Assembly (NCBI GenBank): GCA_030704615.1
Contig: CM060733.1
Location: 45,570,001 to 45,634,000, forward strand
DNA length: 64,000 nt
Origin: Takakia lepidozioides
Lineage: Eukaryota > Plantae > Bryophyta
Direction: 5' to 3'
Shown here: positions 1 through 13,090 of the stretch, in pieces
How positions within the stretch are numbered: the first letter of the stretch is position 1
How the letters are laid out: each line of letters opens with the position of its first letter
Made by a program: the position numbers and the translations under genes
Notes under the pieces: model-generated
What the model was told of the DNA's origin: nothing
Database searches by the model: none
Seen by the model: only the letters and a program-made list of their open reading frames with translations

Positions 1-767
1 TAATTCTCGAAAGGGGATCCACCACAAACAAACTGAGGTCAATAAGGTTAGCACTAACCCAAAGACTGTGGGCGATGCATGCAAAGGATGTAGGAATGAC
101 ATGCACCAAACTTCGCAGACAACCACACTGAGAGACACCAACCAGAAAAACTGTTTTCAAAGACAAGAAGCCACAAGAAGCCGTGCTGTATTTGGATGAA
201 AAACAAACCCTGAACATGACATGAAACCATCCATTATGGAAAGACGACAACAACCCTGGAGAGCAATAAACAAGAAGACCCCGAATGTAATGAGGTTGTG
301 CTGTGCCAGAAGAGCACAGCACAAACACTGACACTCCGGGAGACACCTCGCACGAATGTGTGCAACACATGACCATTGCCGACAAAACCCTTTATACCGA
401 ATGACCCCATTGCGACGGTGACGGAAAAATACAAACCAAAGAGTAGGCAGTAGAACACATGTGGATGCATATGTGAAGCATAACAATTATTGCGAATCTG
501 CAAGTACTGCACGAAATTGAACTAGCATTAGATTTATACGACATTTCCAAATTTGAAAGAATGCAAGAAGGCTGCCATATATTGGCAGGCGGCGAAGTAC
601 ATCTGACATATATCACAAGTACATGTAACGGATGTACATTTTTTCTAGCACTTTATTTCTTGGACAATACAAAGACGCCGAAATGGATGAATTCCGTTCG
701 CCCACAATAATAACACCCGCATCCAAATACGGTTAACAATGTCCAATTTTTATTCTGGTTACATACC

Positions 768-3700
768 ATAGCAACCCTTGTTGCAAACGTCAAACTGGAG
801 AGCTCTAGAGGCAGCGTGGGGAGCCCTTGTTTCCAGCGGAGGAGGAAGAGAAGGAAGTCATTATACTTCATGAGCACTAGGAACATGAATAGAGCCAGAT
901 ATAGAATGAGGATGGAAATAGTAGACGAAGAGGAAAAGGGCAAAGAAGATGACAAAGAGGAAAGTCTGACGATGGAAGAGCAGGAATCTGGAGAAGAACA
1001 GCAGCCCGCCATACTTCCAAGAACAGGTGAGGAGGAGACTGCATCCGAGGGAGAGACACACGCCGAAGATGATGTTGATGTTGGCCTCACGAAGAACCAG
1101 ATAGTGGAAAAGAGGATGGGGGAGATGCTCCAGAACATGCTCAACGTAGAGAGCAGTCCGAAGCGCAAAGGGTCCCCGGCGATTGGGGAGTCTTCTGGAG
1201 CAGTTAAATAAAAGGTACAATGTTTGAGACCCACCTTTGTGCTTCATTGCTGATGTGAACCCCAGTTGTGCTTGTATTTTGATATGAAAATAACCTACAC
1301 ACGGCATCTCTGGCAGGTTGAATCCACCCCAAACTGGAAGCTGAAACAGTGTGCGGCAACGCACACTGTTTGAGCCCCCCATTTTGCTTGTTTTTTGATG
1401 TGCAAAATGGCCACATAGGGCCACTATGGCACGTTCAATCCACCCCGAATTGGAAGCTCAAACAGTGTGCGGCAACACACATTGTTTGAGCCCCCCTTAT
1501 GCCTTGTTTTTTGGTTTGGAAATGGTGCACACACGGGCCTCTCTGTCCGGTTCAATCCATCCCTATTACGAAGCTCAAACAGTGTGCACCAACGCACACT
1601 GATCGAGCCCCCCTTCTCATTGTTTTTTCCAAAATAAAATCGTCTAGACAGGGTATCTCTATGAGGTTCAATCAACAATTTCATGGCAGCTCCAACAGTG
1701 TGCGTAAATGTACACTGTTTGAGCCCACCTTGTCATTGTTTTTTTCATTTGGAAATCGGCCTCATAGGGCATATCTTTCAGGTTCAATGCACACTTACCT
1801 GGCAGCTCCAGCAGTGTGCGTCAACGCACACTGTTTGAGCCCACCTTATCATTGTTTTTTTCATTTGGAAATCGGCCTCATAGGGCATCTCTTTGAGCTT
1901 CAATGCACACTTACCTGGCAGCTCCAGCAGTGTGCGTCAACGCACACTGTTTGAGCCCACCTTGTCATTGTTTTTTTTCATGTGAAAATCGGCCACATAG
2001 GGCATGTATTTGAGGTTCAATGCAGATTTACCTGGGAGCTCAAACAGTGTGCGTCAACGCACACTGTTCCAGCCCACCATGTCATTGTTTTTTTTATTTG
2101 AAAATTGGTCACATAGGGCATCTCTTTGAGCTTCAATGCACACTTACGTGGCAGCTCAAACAGTGTGCGTCAACGCACACTGTTTGAGCCCAACTTGTCA
2201 TTGTTTTTTTCATGTGAAAATCGGTCACATATGACATGTATTTGAGGTTCAATGCAGACTTACCTGGCAGCTCAAACAGTGTGCGTCAACGCACACTGTT
2301 CCAGCCCACCATGTCATTGTTTTTTTTTTTTTTTTGAAAATCGTCCACATAGGGCATATCTTTGAGCTTCAATGCACATTTACGTGGCAGCTCCAGCAGT
2401 GTGAGTCAACGCACACTGTTTGAGCCCACCATGTCATTGTTTTTTTAATCTGAAAATCGGCCACGTAGGGCATATCTTTGAGCTTCAATGCACACTTACC
2501 TGGCAGCTCCAGAAGTGTGCGTCAACGCACACTGTTTGAGCCCACCATGTCATTGTTTTTTTATTCTGAAAATCGGCCACATAGGGCATCTCTTTGAGCT
2601 TCAATGCACACTTAAGTGGCAGCTCAAACAGTGTGCGTCAACGCACACTGTTTGAGCCCAACTTGTCATTGTTTTTTTCATGTGAAAATCAGCCACGTAG
2701 GGCATGTATTTGAGGTTCAATGCAGACTTACCTAGCAGCTCAAACAGTGCGCGTCAATGCACACTATTCCAGCCCACCATGTCATTGTTTTTTTTATCTG
2801 AAAATCGGCCACATAGGGCATCTCTTTGAGCTTCAATGCACACTTACCTGGCAGCTGGCATTTTAGAATCGACCACAAAGGTCATCCTTGTCACGTTCAA
2901 TTCACACTTACCTGGCAGCCGAAACAGTGTGCATCAACGCACATGGTTTGAGCCCCCTGATTTGCTTGTTTATGGATATGGAAATTGTGCACCTACGGCC
3001 AGTCTGGCAGGTTGATTCGACTCCAAAATGGAAGCTCAAACAGTGTGCGCCGACGCACACTGTTTGAGCCCCCTTCACTGCCTTTTCTTTTATTTCAAAT
3101 TGGCCACTCATGGCCATTATGCCATATTAAAATCACACCTTATTGCAAGGTCAAACAGTGTGCGGCAACGCACACTGTTTGAGCTTCCTTATGTGATTGC
3201 TTTTGATGTGAAAATCGGTCTCATGGGGCCACTCTGGCAGGTTGAATCCAACCCTTATTGGAAGCTCAAACAGTGTGCGTTGCCGCACACTGTTTTGAGC
3301 CCCTTCTCTGCTTGTTTTTCTATGTGAAATTGGGCCTAACAGGGCCAGTATGCATGCTCAAAACTCCCATAGTTGGAAGCACAAAGAGTGTGCGGCAATG
3401 CACACTGTTTGTGCCCCCTTGTGGCCCCCTCTCTACCTGTTTTTTTTTGTGGAAATGTGCCACATGGGGCCAAATAACATGTTCAAAACACCTGAATTTG
3501 GAAGCTGAAACATTGTGCGGCAACGCACGGTGTTTTCGGCCCCCACAATGCTTGTTTTCTGATGAGAAATTGGGCCACACAGGGCTTGTTTGCCATGCTC
3601 AAAACACCATCGTTTCATGCCTCTCTCTTATATCAAATTGAATGAACAACCCTGTAGGAGAAGATGCAAAGTGTGGCGGATGAGATCCCTTCGGGGCAGA

Positions 3701-6190
3701 GGAAAGAGATCATTGTTGATGTAGACGATGAGTTCTATGAAAGCAAAGCCGCTGAGATGCTGGGGGGTCAGGAGGTTAACTCTCAGCTTGTGGTGCAAAG
3801 TATGCTTGCCCCGGGTGGGAGGTTGAAGATTCCCCTGTGTAGGTTGGTTTCCATGCCCGTCGTTCGTCCACCCCTCGTCAAGGACATCCTGATGCTGGAG
3901 GCCGAGTTTGTTCATGGGTATTTGGATGGATCCGCAGTCTTTTACGTTTCTACAAGGGATTCCAGAGGCAATGAGCTCCTTGTGGATGAGTCAATTGTGG
4001 ACTCCTAGGATCCCATTTGGAGACAGGTGAACGAATCCTTCGAACTTCTTCTCTCCAGGAAACCTTCCACCCAGGCATTCTCAGGGAAGATGTTTCATGT
4101 TTGGGATGACAACCACCGGTTGCTTGCATGGATGGCTGTCATTAGGAGGCTGCACTCACAGGAGGAAGATTGGAATTACTCTTTTTGATCGATGGTGCTG
4201 GATTGTGACGGGAACATGATGGGTCTTCTGACGGCAATGATTGATGTGAACAGATTGGTTTCTCATTCTACATGTTCCACTTGTGGTTCTGTGGTTCTTT
4301 GGTTCCAGTCCTCTGTTGACGGTCCTTGAATTTCATTCTGACTTTCAGACATCATTCTGCAGAGGGACGGAGACATCGTATGTCAAAACGAGTCTGGTTG
4401 ACACACTATACATGACAAAGGATCGGGCAGATGCCCTTGACCAACTTCAAGACCATCCTTTCAGCAGAGACGTACAAGAAGTGCGAAAGCTCCAAGACAT
4501 CATAAACGTGGTACTCATTGACCCGTGAGGCTTTCATGGAGTATATGTACATGGTGAGATACATCTTCCATCATCTGGCCTTTTCGATATTCTTGCTTCC
4601 ACATGTTTGTTTTTGTTTGTTTCCCTTGCCCTTGGGTTGATGCAACTCTCGTGCATTCCCTTGCAGCAAGATATTGCAGATGCAGGAGAACGTGAGAAAC
4701 TGTAATACTACAGCTCTACCCCTGAGGAGAGAAGGACAGCAAATGGGGTTGAGAGTCACATCCAGAAAGAGATGACCGCCACAAGAAGGATTATTATGAG
4801 TGCTTTTGTTAAGTAGTTGAGAATTGCCGACCCATCATTCGGATCGCAGTTTCTTCTGGAGGTAAAAAACCATTACAACAAGCCAGACAAGCCAGAGATG
4901 GCCCAAGAGAAGTTACACAGGTTGTCTACCGCCGTTGTGTCTTCAAAATAAAAGGTGAAGTGGCTACAGATATGGAATTCTGATCCCACTGTTAGGGATA
5001 CCCACATGTTCCCCAGGCCGGAGAAAGAGAAGAAGACCCAGTGTGTCATTCCTGTCAGTGACAAGGTGCTGGACACATGGCTTCACAAGGCCACTTACTG
5101 GAGCCAGGTATGATGTCCTTTGCTGTGTCACTTTCTTTTCGTTTTTTCTGTCCTTTTCTTTCCATTGGCTGTTACATTGTTTGTGATTGTTTTTTGGTTC
5201 ATTCTTGCATTTGAATTGTTTTGCAGTTGGAAGAAAGGGCCCAGTCGGTTCTACATACTCAGCTGGATGACTATGGCATCACCATGACAGCACCGAAGGT
5301 CTCCTTCCAAGCATACATGAAGAAATGGAGAGCCACAGTGTGACAATCTTGTTTCTTTAGAGAGTTCAGCAAGGAGGGTGGCATTAGTCGAACAAATGAG
5401 CTTGACCAGCAAGAGAAAGGAGAGGAAGCATGGAAACGATGCCTTTACAGGTGCGAAATGGACTGTGCTTCTTTGTTTTGCAAATACACACTCTCTTCCA
5501 TCCAACCTGTTTTGGGCTCCCTTATATGAGTTTGCGGTGCCGCACATTCATTTGTTCTATCCCTGTGTAGTAACACCAAGGTGCACACCCTGGGGCCTTA
5601 AGGTTACTTTGTGTGCGGTGGTTGCAATGTACTGTGCCGCATATTGTTTAAGGGGGTCTTCCTGGTGTGATGGAAAAGCTGAGAGACAATAATTGCATTG
5701 CATAATGAGGCTGTCTCTGTTCCTGCAGGTACGTAAAGTTTGTTCACATGGAAGAAAACTGCTTGGGCAAACATCTTGATTTCGTGGACCTTTGGCTTGT
5801 CCCTGCTGGCAACCAGACCATGTTTACTACTGGGATCTTGCATGACTGGGGCCCAGACCATCTTTCTGCTTGTGGTTGGTATTTGGATTGCCCTCCTTCT
5901 GAGACCCCAACTCAGGAGGTGTCTTTGAGGAGAGAGAATGAGCGTATAGCAGCCACCGCCGCAGCAGCCCGGATTGTTCCCGGATTGTTCCTTCAATCTA
6001 TTTAGAGTTTTGTGGACTGTACAGGCTTGAGTGCATTTCAAAAACAAACAATCGACTTTGGTTCGTGTAGAGCATTCTCGCATCATTTGCTCGCTTGTCT
6101 CCAAACCATTCCTGCTAGAAAAATGCTTGGTAAATCCATCGAGGTGAAGTCCACGTGATCAAAGATCGTTCAGGCATTCTCAAATTTGGT
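768..6190 (+). pseudogene. Spliced ParB/Srx-domain gene remnant, copy A
   Basis: Exon 1 ~768-1214 (VKLE..RRKRRKSLYF; ATA at 768 may be a mutated ATG). Exon 2 from 3658 (GGRLKIPLCRLVSMPVVRPPL...KMFHVWDDNHRLLAWM). Later exons EKLHRLS, WLQIWNSD, LHDWGPDHLSACGWYLDCPP. In-frame stops at 1209 and 4006. Confidence 0.8.
1339..3540. repeat. Intronic tandem array, ~19 units of ~116 bp, each with the 36-bp palindrome GCTCAAACAGTGTGCG-TCAA-CGCACACTGTTTGAGC
   Basis: Palindrome recurs at ~1340, 1456, 1573, 1689, 1805, 1921, 2038, 2154, 2270, 2390, 2506, 2622, 2737, 2918, 3034, 3150, 3264, 3379, 3504. The array lies between donor AAG|GTAC (1215) and acceptor TGTAG (3657). Confidence 0.95.
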
Positions 6191-7039
6191 GAGCATCCAT
6201 GATGCTCCCGCACATACCTGGCATGTTCGCAAGGGTGGTGAATAAAAAAAGATTTCGCAGGGATCCGCTTTAGATGATGTCAGTGTGCACCTCCTCACGA
6301 CGTACCCACATTCCAATGCAATGGCTTGGTATGTTGATAACGTCTAGATGGATGCAATGGATACAAAAGATGGATACAATGGATGTAACACGTCCAGTCT
6401 GCATTCCCGGGAAATGGCTGTTCAACCCGCGGTAATAGGTGACACCCGCGGAAAGAGGCCCTGTATGCATGCTGACGTGGCGTGAGCCTGTGCTGGGCTC
6501 ACGGTTTCCTGGGCTCACAGGCTCACGCCTCCAGGCTCACGGAATAGCACCCCCCCATATAGGTACGTATGAGGTGGAACTGAAGGTAAGATCCAATGAT
6601 CCCCACTGGAATAACTCAAGAATCTTGACTGCATCTTCTGCTGCTCAATGTGATAACGTGCGATGAAACAAGCAGCATAGTATACTCCACAGCTCATGAC
6701 CAAACTAGATACCTCCTTGGTCTTGGTGTAGATATACCCGTGAACAACCTGGAAGGCAATCAATTCCTTCAACATGGTACCTGCCTCAGACTAGTACCTT
6801 GCAAAGTGATGATCTTCAATGGGTCGATTGTTTGGAAGAACCTTAGTCCGAGTTGCCACTGGCAACCAAATGCGCATTATCTGGTAGTAATGTGCCAACG
6901 ATTGCGGAGGACTAAATTCCTTCCAAGCCAAATCCAACACAATGGGAATTTTGTTGAATGACATAATCATAGCCCGATTGTACTTCTGTGCAGCAGGAGT
7001 CCTTGGTGGGTTGAAAGCCGCATCCCCCCATACCTCAGG

Positions 7040-7637
7040 CTATGGTTTGGCTGTAGTAGCAATAGGGTCAGCCACCTGCACAGCCACTTGCTGTGGTATT
7101 GGTACCACTAGCCCTTCTACCACTGGTATTTCCTGTACCTCCTGCGAAGAAGATTGAAATATTAGAGCCCTGGCCTGTACATAAGTAGCCATCAGCTGCT
7201 CCTCAGGTACAAAAACTCTCTTGTCAATATTTGAACTCAAGTCATCCACTTGAGTCTGCTGGCCTTCCACATCCTCCTGTAGCTCCGCTATCCTGCTATA
7301 GACATTGTCTATAGTAGTGGTGGCAATGTTCTGTACCTGCAATCTGAGCTCATTCATCTCGCCCTGGGTGAGCTTCCTTGGGTGTGCTAACCAGACCTGC
7401 AATAGGTGGTTATCCACCAAGTCCTGTGAGGCAGCCCTGAGTGTCTGCTCCTCCTTGAGTCTGTAGACATCTAACTGCTGCTGTAAAGCTTCCATGCGCA
7501 TGATTAGCCCATATGTCCTGCCTCATGCTGTGGTAGAATACATCCTGTTTCCTCATTGTCTTGTCCACTTCATGCAACAGAAAGCATGTTTCAGGCTCAT
7601 CAAGCTCACATCTCGCTGCCTCCATCTGCCTAGCCAA
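7040..7637 (-). pseudogene. Coiled-coil ORF fragments, possibly retroelement gag/ORF1 debris
   Basis: Two overlapping frameshifted ORFs rich in Q/E/L heptads; no diagnostic motif. Confidence 0.25.
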
Positions 7638-7649
7638 TTACAAGTCATC

Positions 7650-8345
7650 TGCCGGCTGCAACATAGTATTGAAAGCATTTATCCAATAGCATCTTGTGGT
7701 TCCAACTTAAAGAGATGCTAGCATTATCTGCTACCTACAAAATTGCTGTTGCTTCTGGCACCAAGCAATGAACCCAATACCAAAGCATCACTTTAAATGG
7801 ATTTTTTGTTGGTAAAGTCCTCTATGTGCATTCCTACAGGCGTGATGCCACAGAGAGGAAGAGATGATGCCCTTCCTCCACATGGCCCTACAGAGATACA
7901 TGCTACTTATAACTGACATAGACTGGCCTCACTGCTCCCTGATCCATTTGTTCAAAGAGTTGGGAGGCCTCCTAACCAAAACCATGTTAAGCACATCCAA
8001 TGATAGCCACATACCACAAGCTTGTTCGAGCATGTCGTCCAACATTTTGCCATTTTCCCCCCAAGCTTCCACACTCGGCACTTGGAAATTGAGACAGATC
8101 CAGATTTCATGATGAGGGCATGGATGCACTTGCCCTCTTCAATAGCTGCTCTGTTGGCGCAAGCATTGAGGATGACAAAGAAAGGTACTCCATTGACTGT
8201 GTGACTTCGTTTGCTGGAAACATTGAAAAGCCTTCTTACAATGCCCATGCCAAACCAGACCTGCAAGCAAATATATTAGTCCATCATACCACATCTTGTC
8301 GAACAGTAGGTGCATCCATCAAGGTCCGTACTTGCATTGCATGCT
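7650..8345 (-). pseudogene. Degenerate PLS-class PPR gene fragment
   Basis: FFVILNACANRAAIEEGKCIHALIMKSG, plus an E-domain-like LGSLLGA..HLFKLEPQD; multiple frameshifts. Confidence 0.75.
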
Positions 8346-10023
8346 GATAAGAGCATTCCGGACCCCAAATCTAAGTCCAATCCAAGCCTTCAACAATGCC
8401 CACATGGAGCTGTTTGTCCTGTCCCAGATGTGCTGCCTGTCCACACTCAGAATGCCCATGTAAGGTACCTTTTTGCCTTCAAGTCTTCACAAGAGAGCAT
8501 ATGGCCAAGACTCTCATTGCTCCATAATTTCCTGCTTCAATCCCCCTTTTTGCCACATTGTGCTCAGGTCCCCACTAGTTCCACAAGGTTTCCTTGTTTC
8601 TATGTTGCTCCTCTATTCAGAACTATTCTTAGTGAACGGGCACAGATACCAGAAGACCTTGCATTGCTTGTCGATGGCGGACATGCCTGTCAGCAACAGT
8701 TGTGCAGGTGGAGAGAGGTTGGCCATCGACATCCAATGCAACTTTTTCCGAAATCCCTCCCAGTTCATCAAGAATAGCTATGGTGCAATCGATAGTCATC
8801 CCTTTGCTGGCAGCAATGTGTTCCACTTTGAGGGTCCCGGCTCGAACTTCAATCCAATCCTCTATGGCGAATATCTCTGCTCATTCTCTGCCAGCTCATG
8901 GTTCTGAGCATTTCTTGAGCCAAATGGTGGGGCAAGTCGTCATGGCGTGCAGAAGCAGGAGAGAGCACCGAGAAGGGATAAGAAAGAGAAGACCGACAGC
9001 TAGGCCAGACACACCACCTAATCTTCTTGTGGAGATTAGTGTAGACAAGAAGAAACAGGAAGCCTACCTAGGGGTGGCAAGTAAAGACTCAGAGAGCAGC
9101 CGTGGAAGACCAAGAGAGAGAGACAATTGCAAGCCAAGCGGGAAACTGAGTCACCAAAGTTTCGACTCGGACCGAACCTGCACGGACAGGCTCGGTACAA
9201 CTGTGCCAAAATAGTTTTTGTCATGGCAAGACCTAACTCTCACCTGAAAAGTCCAACCCACCCTGGAAGAAGCCAGTGTACTAGCTAATCTATGCTTGAT
9301 TCCGTCTTTTGGTTCTTAGATTAGCTTTGCGGCCTTCCAGATTTTCCAAAGACCTATCAACATCTCTTTCAAAAATCACCTCAGAAATGAGGGTCCTTCA
9401 AGGCACTAAATACTCTCAATACTCTTGAAGAGTCTTTTCAGGACGTGCACAGATCAACTCAGTCCCTCAGACGAACACCCATAATGTGGACACCATCCTC
9501 CATTACCCTGGGCATCAAATTCTCTCCTCCGACCCCTCAGCATTTCTACAACTGTTCCCAGACGGGCTGCAATGGTGTCCCGTCCAGCTACAGATTCGAT
9601 GCCAAAACTTCAGCAACACATACTTGTCCACCTCTGACATAGTCAAATATGCTTCAGGTGGATTGCAAGTAAATGAAACCAGCTTGGTATGAGTTGTATA
9701 ACCTACCGCATTTAGTATGAAAATCAACGCAGCTTCATGCTTGTTCAAAAGACACCCCTTCTTTGCTGCAAAACATTCAACCTCCAGAGCTTCAGGGTAA
9801 TCTTCTGCATAATCTGTGGAGTCCTCCGCAACAAGGTACTCTTTCACTGCTGCTGTTCAGTCACGATTATCACCACAGGCCAAAAAGCGAGAGAGCAGAG
9901 GTGACTCCAGCACTACATCACAAATTATCTTCTTTTCGACTTCGCTCTTAGTTTTCAAAAAACAGGGACAAATTATGACCTTCACATCCTCCCAATTGAA
10001 CTGATGCACATTTTCTTATGGTT

Positions 10024-12524
10024 TCACCAGTAATCCCCACAAGAGCAAACCCCATCTTCGAAGTGGTGAAAGCGGTTGGCATCCCGTACAATAATTGCTC
10101 GCCCAACAATCTTCGAGATAAACTTGGTGGCCATGTGGCAGTCGCCACACACTCGGAGATTCTTGATGACGCGGACAGGTACCCCAGGTGCAGCGCTGAT
10201 CAGCCCAGAAGCAATGGCCAGTTTCTCACTGTGGTGGCCAAGACAGAACTCCTTTTGGTCCTCCTCCACATTATGCAATACAAAGCGAGTATCAGGCACA
10301 TACCCCGCCTCCTTCATCCGCTCAGACAGTGTCTTCAGCTCAGCATGGATTTCCTCAACTTGTGGGTGTGATTTGCCATCTACAACGAATGTATTCTGGC
10401 GGTTGTCAATCTGTATGTAACAGTGACCTGGCTGCTGTCTAACACCTATGTCCTTCATCATTTTCCTAACCTTTGCAGTGTCGTCCCACCTGCCAGCTGC
10501 AGCATAGATGTTTGACAATAGCACATAAGTTGAGATGTCCTGTGGATGACACTTGAGAAGGCACTTTGCCGCTCGTTCTGCCACCTCCACGTTCCCATGA
10601 ATTCTGCAGGCACCAAGTAGGGCACCCCAGACTGGAGCATGTGGTTCAATGGGCATTATGTTAATCAAGTGCTCTGCCTTCTCCAATCGCCCTCCACGGC
10701 CAAGAAGGTCCACCATGCAGCCAAAATGCTCCATTGTAGGAGTGAGGCCATGATCTTGAATCATAGAATCAAAGTAGTGACAGCCTTCATCCACTAGACC
10801 CATGTGGCTACATGCGGAGAGAAGACATATAAAGGTGATACCATCTGGCTTCAAGCCTTCCTCTTGCATTTTTTGAAAGAGTTGCAGGGCTTCTATACCA
10901 CACCCATGCTGAGCATATCCTGCGATCATCGCATTCCATGACACCAAATTTCGTTGAGCCATACTGTCAAACACTTTACGTGCATCCTTCATGCTCCCGC
11001 ATTTGGCATACATGTCAGTGACGGCAGTCTCCAGAATTATATGTGGTGCCATTCCAGCTTTGATGATGTCAGCATGGACCTCTTTGCCCTTTTCCAGGGC
11101 TGCCAGGCTGGCACATGCCTTGAGAATGCAAATGAATGAAATCCTGTTGGGCAGTACCCCTTCCAAGATCATTTGGTCATAGATTCCGAAAGCCTCCCTA
11201 CCACACCCATGTTGAGCATATCCTGCGCTCATTGCATTCCATGAAACCAAATCTCGCTTAGCCATATTGTTGAACACCTCACGCGCATCCTTAATGCTCC
11301 CACATTTGGCATACATGTCTATGAGGGTATTCTCAAGGATAATATCAGATGTGATTCCAGCTTTAATGATGTCACCATGGACCTCTATGCCCGTTTCCAG
11401 CGCTCTCAAGCTGCCACATGCCTTGAGAGCACAAATGAAAGTGACCCTGTCAGGCGTCACACCTTCCTGTATCAATTGTCTATAAGTCTCTAAAGCCTCC
11501 CTACCACACCCATGATGGAGGTATCCTGCACACATTGCATTCCATGAGACTACATTTCGTTCAGCCATCCTGTCAAATGCTCGACATGCATCCTTTATGC
11601 TGCCACACTTTGCATACATGTTAACAAGGGCAGTCTCCAGTATGATATCAGGCACTATTCCAGCTTTAATGATGTTACCATGAATCTCTATTCCCTTTTC
11701 CAAGGCTGCTAGGCTGGCACATGCATTGAGAAGGTAAATGAATGTGACCCCATCTGGAGTCACCCCTTCCCGTATCATCTGCTCATAGGTCTCAAAAGCC
11801 TCCCACACCCATGCTGAGCATATGCTGCAGTCATCGCATTCCATGAGACCACATTTCGTTCAGCCATCCTGTCAAAGACTTGGCGTGCATTGCTTACACT
11901 CCCACACTTGGCATACATGTTAACAAGGGCAGTCTCCAAAATAACATCTGTTGCAACTCCAGCGTCGACAATGTCACCATGGACCTCTTTGCCCTTTTCT
12001 AGGGCTACCAGTCTGGCACAGCCATTGAGAACGCAAGTGAATGCGACCTTGTTGGGTGTCACTCCTTCTTGTATCATTTGCTCGTAGATCTCTAAGGCCT
12101 CCCTCCCAAACCCATGCTTGGAATATGCTGCCACCATTATAGTCCAAGTAAACACATCCCGTTCAGGCATTTTGTCAAACACTCGGCGTGCATCCACCAT
12201 ACTGCCACACTTGGCATACATGTTAACGAGTGTGTTGAGTAGACATATATTTGGCTTGAATCCACTTTGTGTACCTCTGCTAGGCCCTTGATCTTCATGC
12301 ACTCCTGCAAGAGACAAACGTAAGTATTGGAGTATGCCAAACTTTGTTCTTGGTTCAAAATATGCAGTGCCTCTTTTAGTTGTCCTGCTCTGCAGAGTGT
12401 GCCCACATTCCCCCAAACGCCAGAAGAGCTTTTGTGGACTCCCTTTCTTGGTCTTCTTTCAGGAGAAGTGGTCACGGTGGAGGTGTCTGACTCAAAAAAC
12501 TGTGCCTGATTCAACCCTGCCATC
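10024..12524 (-). pseudogene. PLS-class PPR-E-DYW organellar C-to-U RNA editing factor (frameshifted)
   Basis: Repeated MYAKCGS..A..VFD.M..R.VVSWNAM triplets, E domain, PG box (QQPGHCYIQI), HHSEKLA..CGDCH deaminase motif and C-terminal CSCGDYW. Split over ORFs 12137-12523, 11775-12416 and 10024-11844 by small deletions near 12275 and 11806. Confidence 0.93.
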
Positions 12525-13090
12525 CTGCATGAATCAGAACTTTAAATTGAATAAACCTTGCCACTCAAACACACCTAATACATCTCAAAGTTCCCTTAAA
12601 CTTCCCTGCTATATGTCAACAGGATCATGTGCCTTCCATAGCACAGCATGGACGTGCACATTAGCAAAAAAACGCCCACTCAGATACAGCTGCAATACCA
12701 TTACTGCTGTTTCAGAATGGCCAAACAAGTACGACATAGAGAACTGTCTTCACCCTCACACTGACAAAAGTTTACCGCGTAAAACCACTGTTCAAGACTG
12801 TCTTGTTGTGGGTGATCTCTGATGCACCCCAAGAACCTAACTTCTCTGTCTCAGTCTGAAGGGAGAGAAGTAATTATTCCTTCATTGCAAGTAAATATTC
12901 TGATTCTTAATCTATGCAATGGGCAGCTCACTTTCTGCGCTCCTGAATTTTAAGTAGAGTACACAGCATACCCATGCAACTAACAGAGAAGGATCAGAGC
13001 TACAGGAAGTCTACATCTGTAAAGGAGGGACTGTCGTACTGGAAGCGGTCCGATGATGCCCCCCAACGGGGGCTCCCTGCACACTTTAAC

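Larger units (their letters stand above)
768..6556 (+). mobile_element. ParB-MTase DNA-transposon family, copy A (diverged subfamily; MTase exons absent; left part not identified)
   Basis: Exons are homologous to 31361-37076. The right end (6390-6556: CCGCGG.AATA, TGACGTGGCGTGAGC..GCTCACG..CAGGCTCACG..GCACCCCCC) matches the ends at 23290-23468 and 37590-37771. Confidence 0.7.

Noticed and set aside
1-650. Possible divergent transposase 5' region for copy A
   Set aside because: No recognisable homology to 27834-30491 within the window.
1339-3540. CRISPR-like appearance (36-bp palindromic repeats at regular spacing)
   Set aside because: The intervening ~80-bp segments are themselves homologous repeats, there are no cas genes, and the array lies in a eukaryotic intron.
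8350-9950. LINE ORF1-like debris (CGQAAHLGQD knuckle-like); similar at 14700-15640
   Set aside because: No continuous frame or diagnostic domain.
10024-10400. U-to-C (DYW:KP-type) editing domain
   Set aside because: It has a standard PG box, HSE and terminal DYW, i.e. the canonical C-to-U type.
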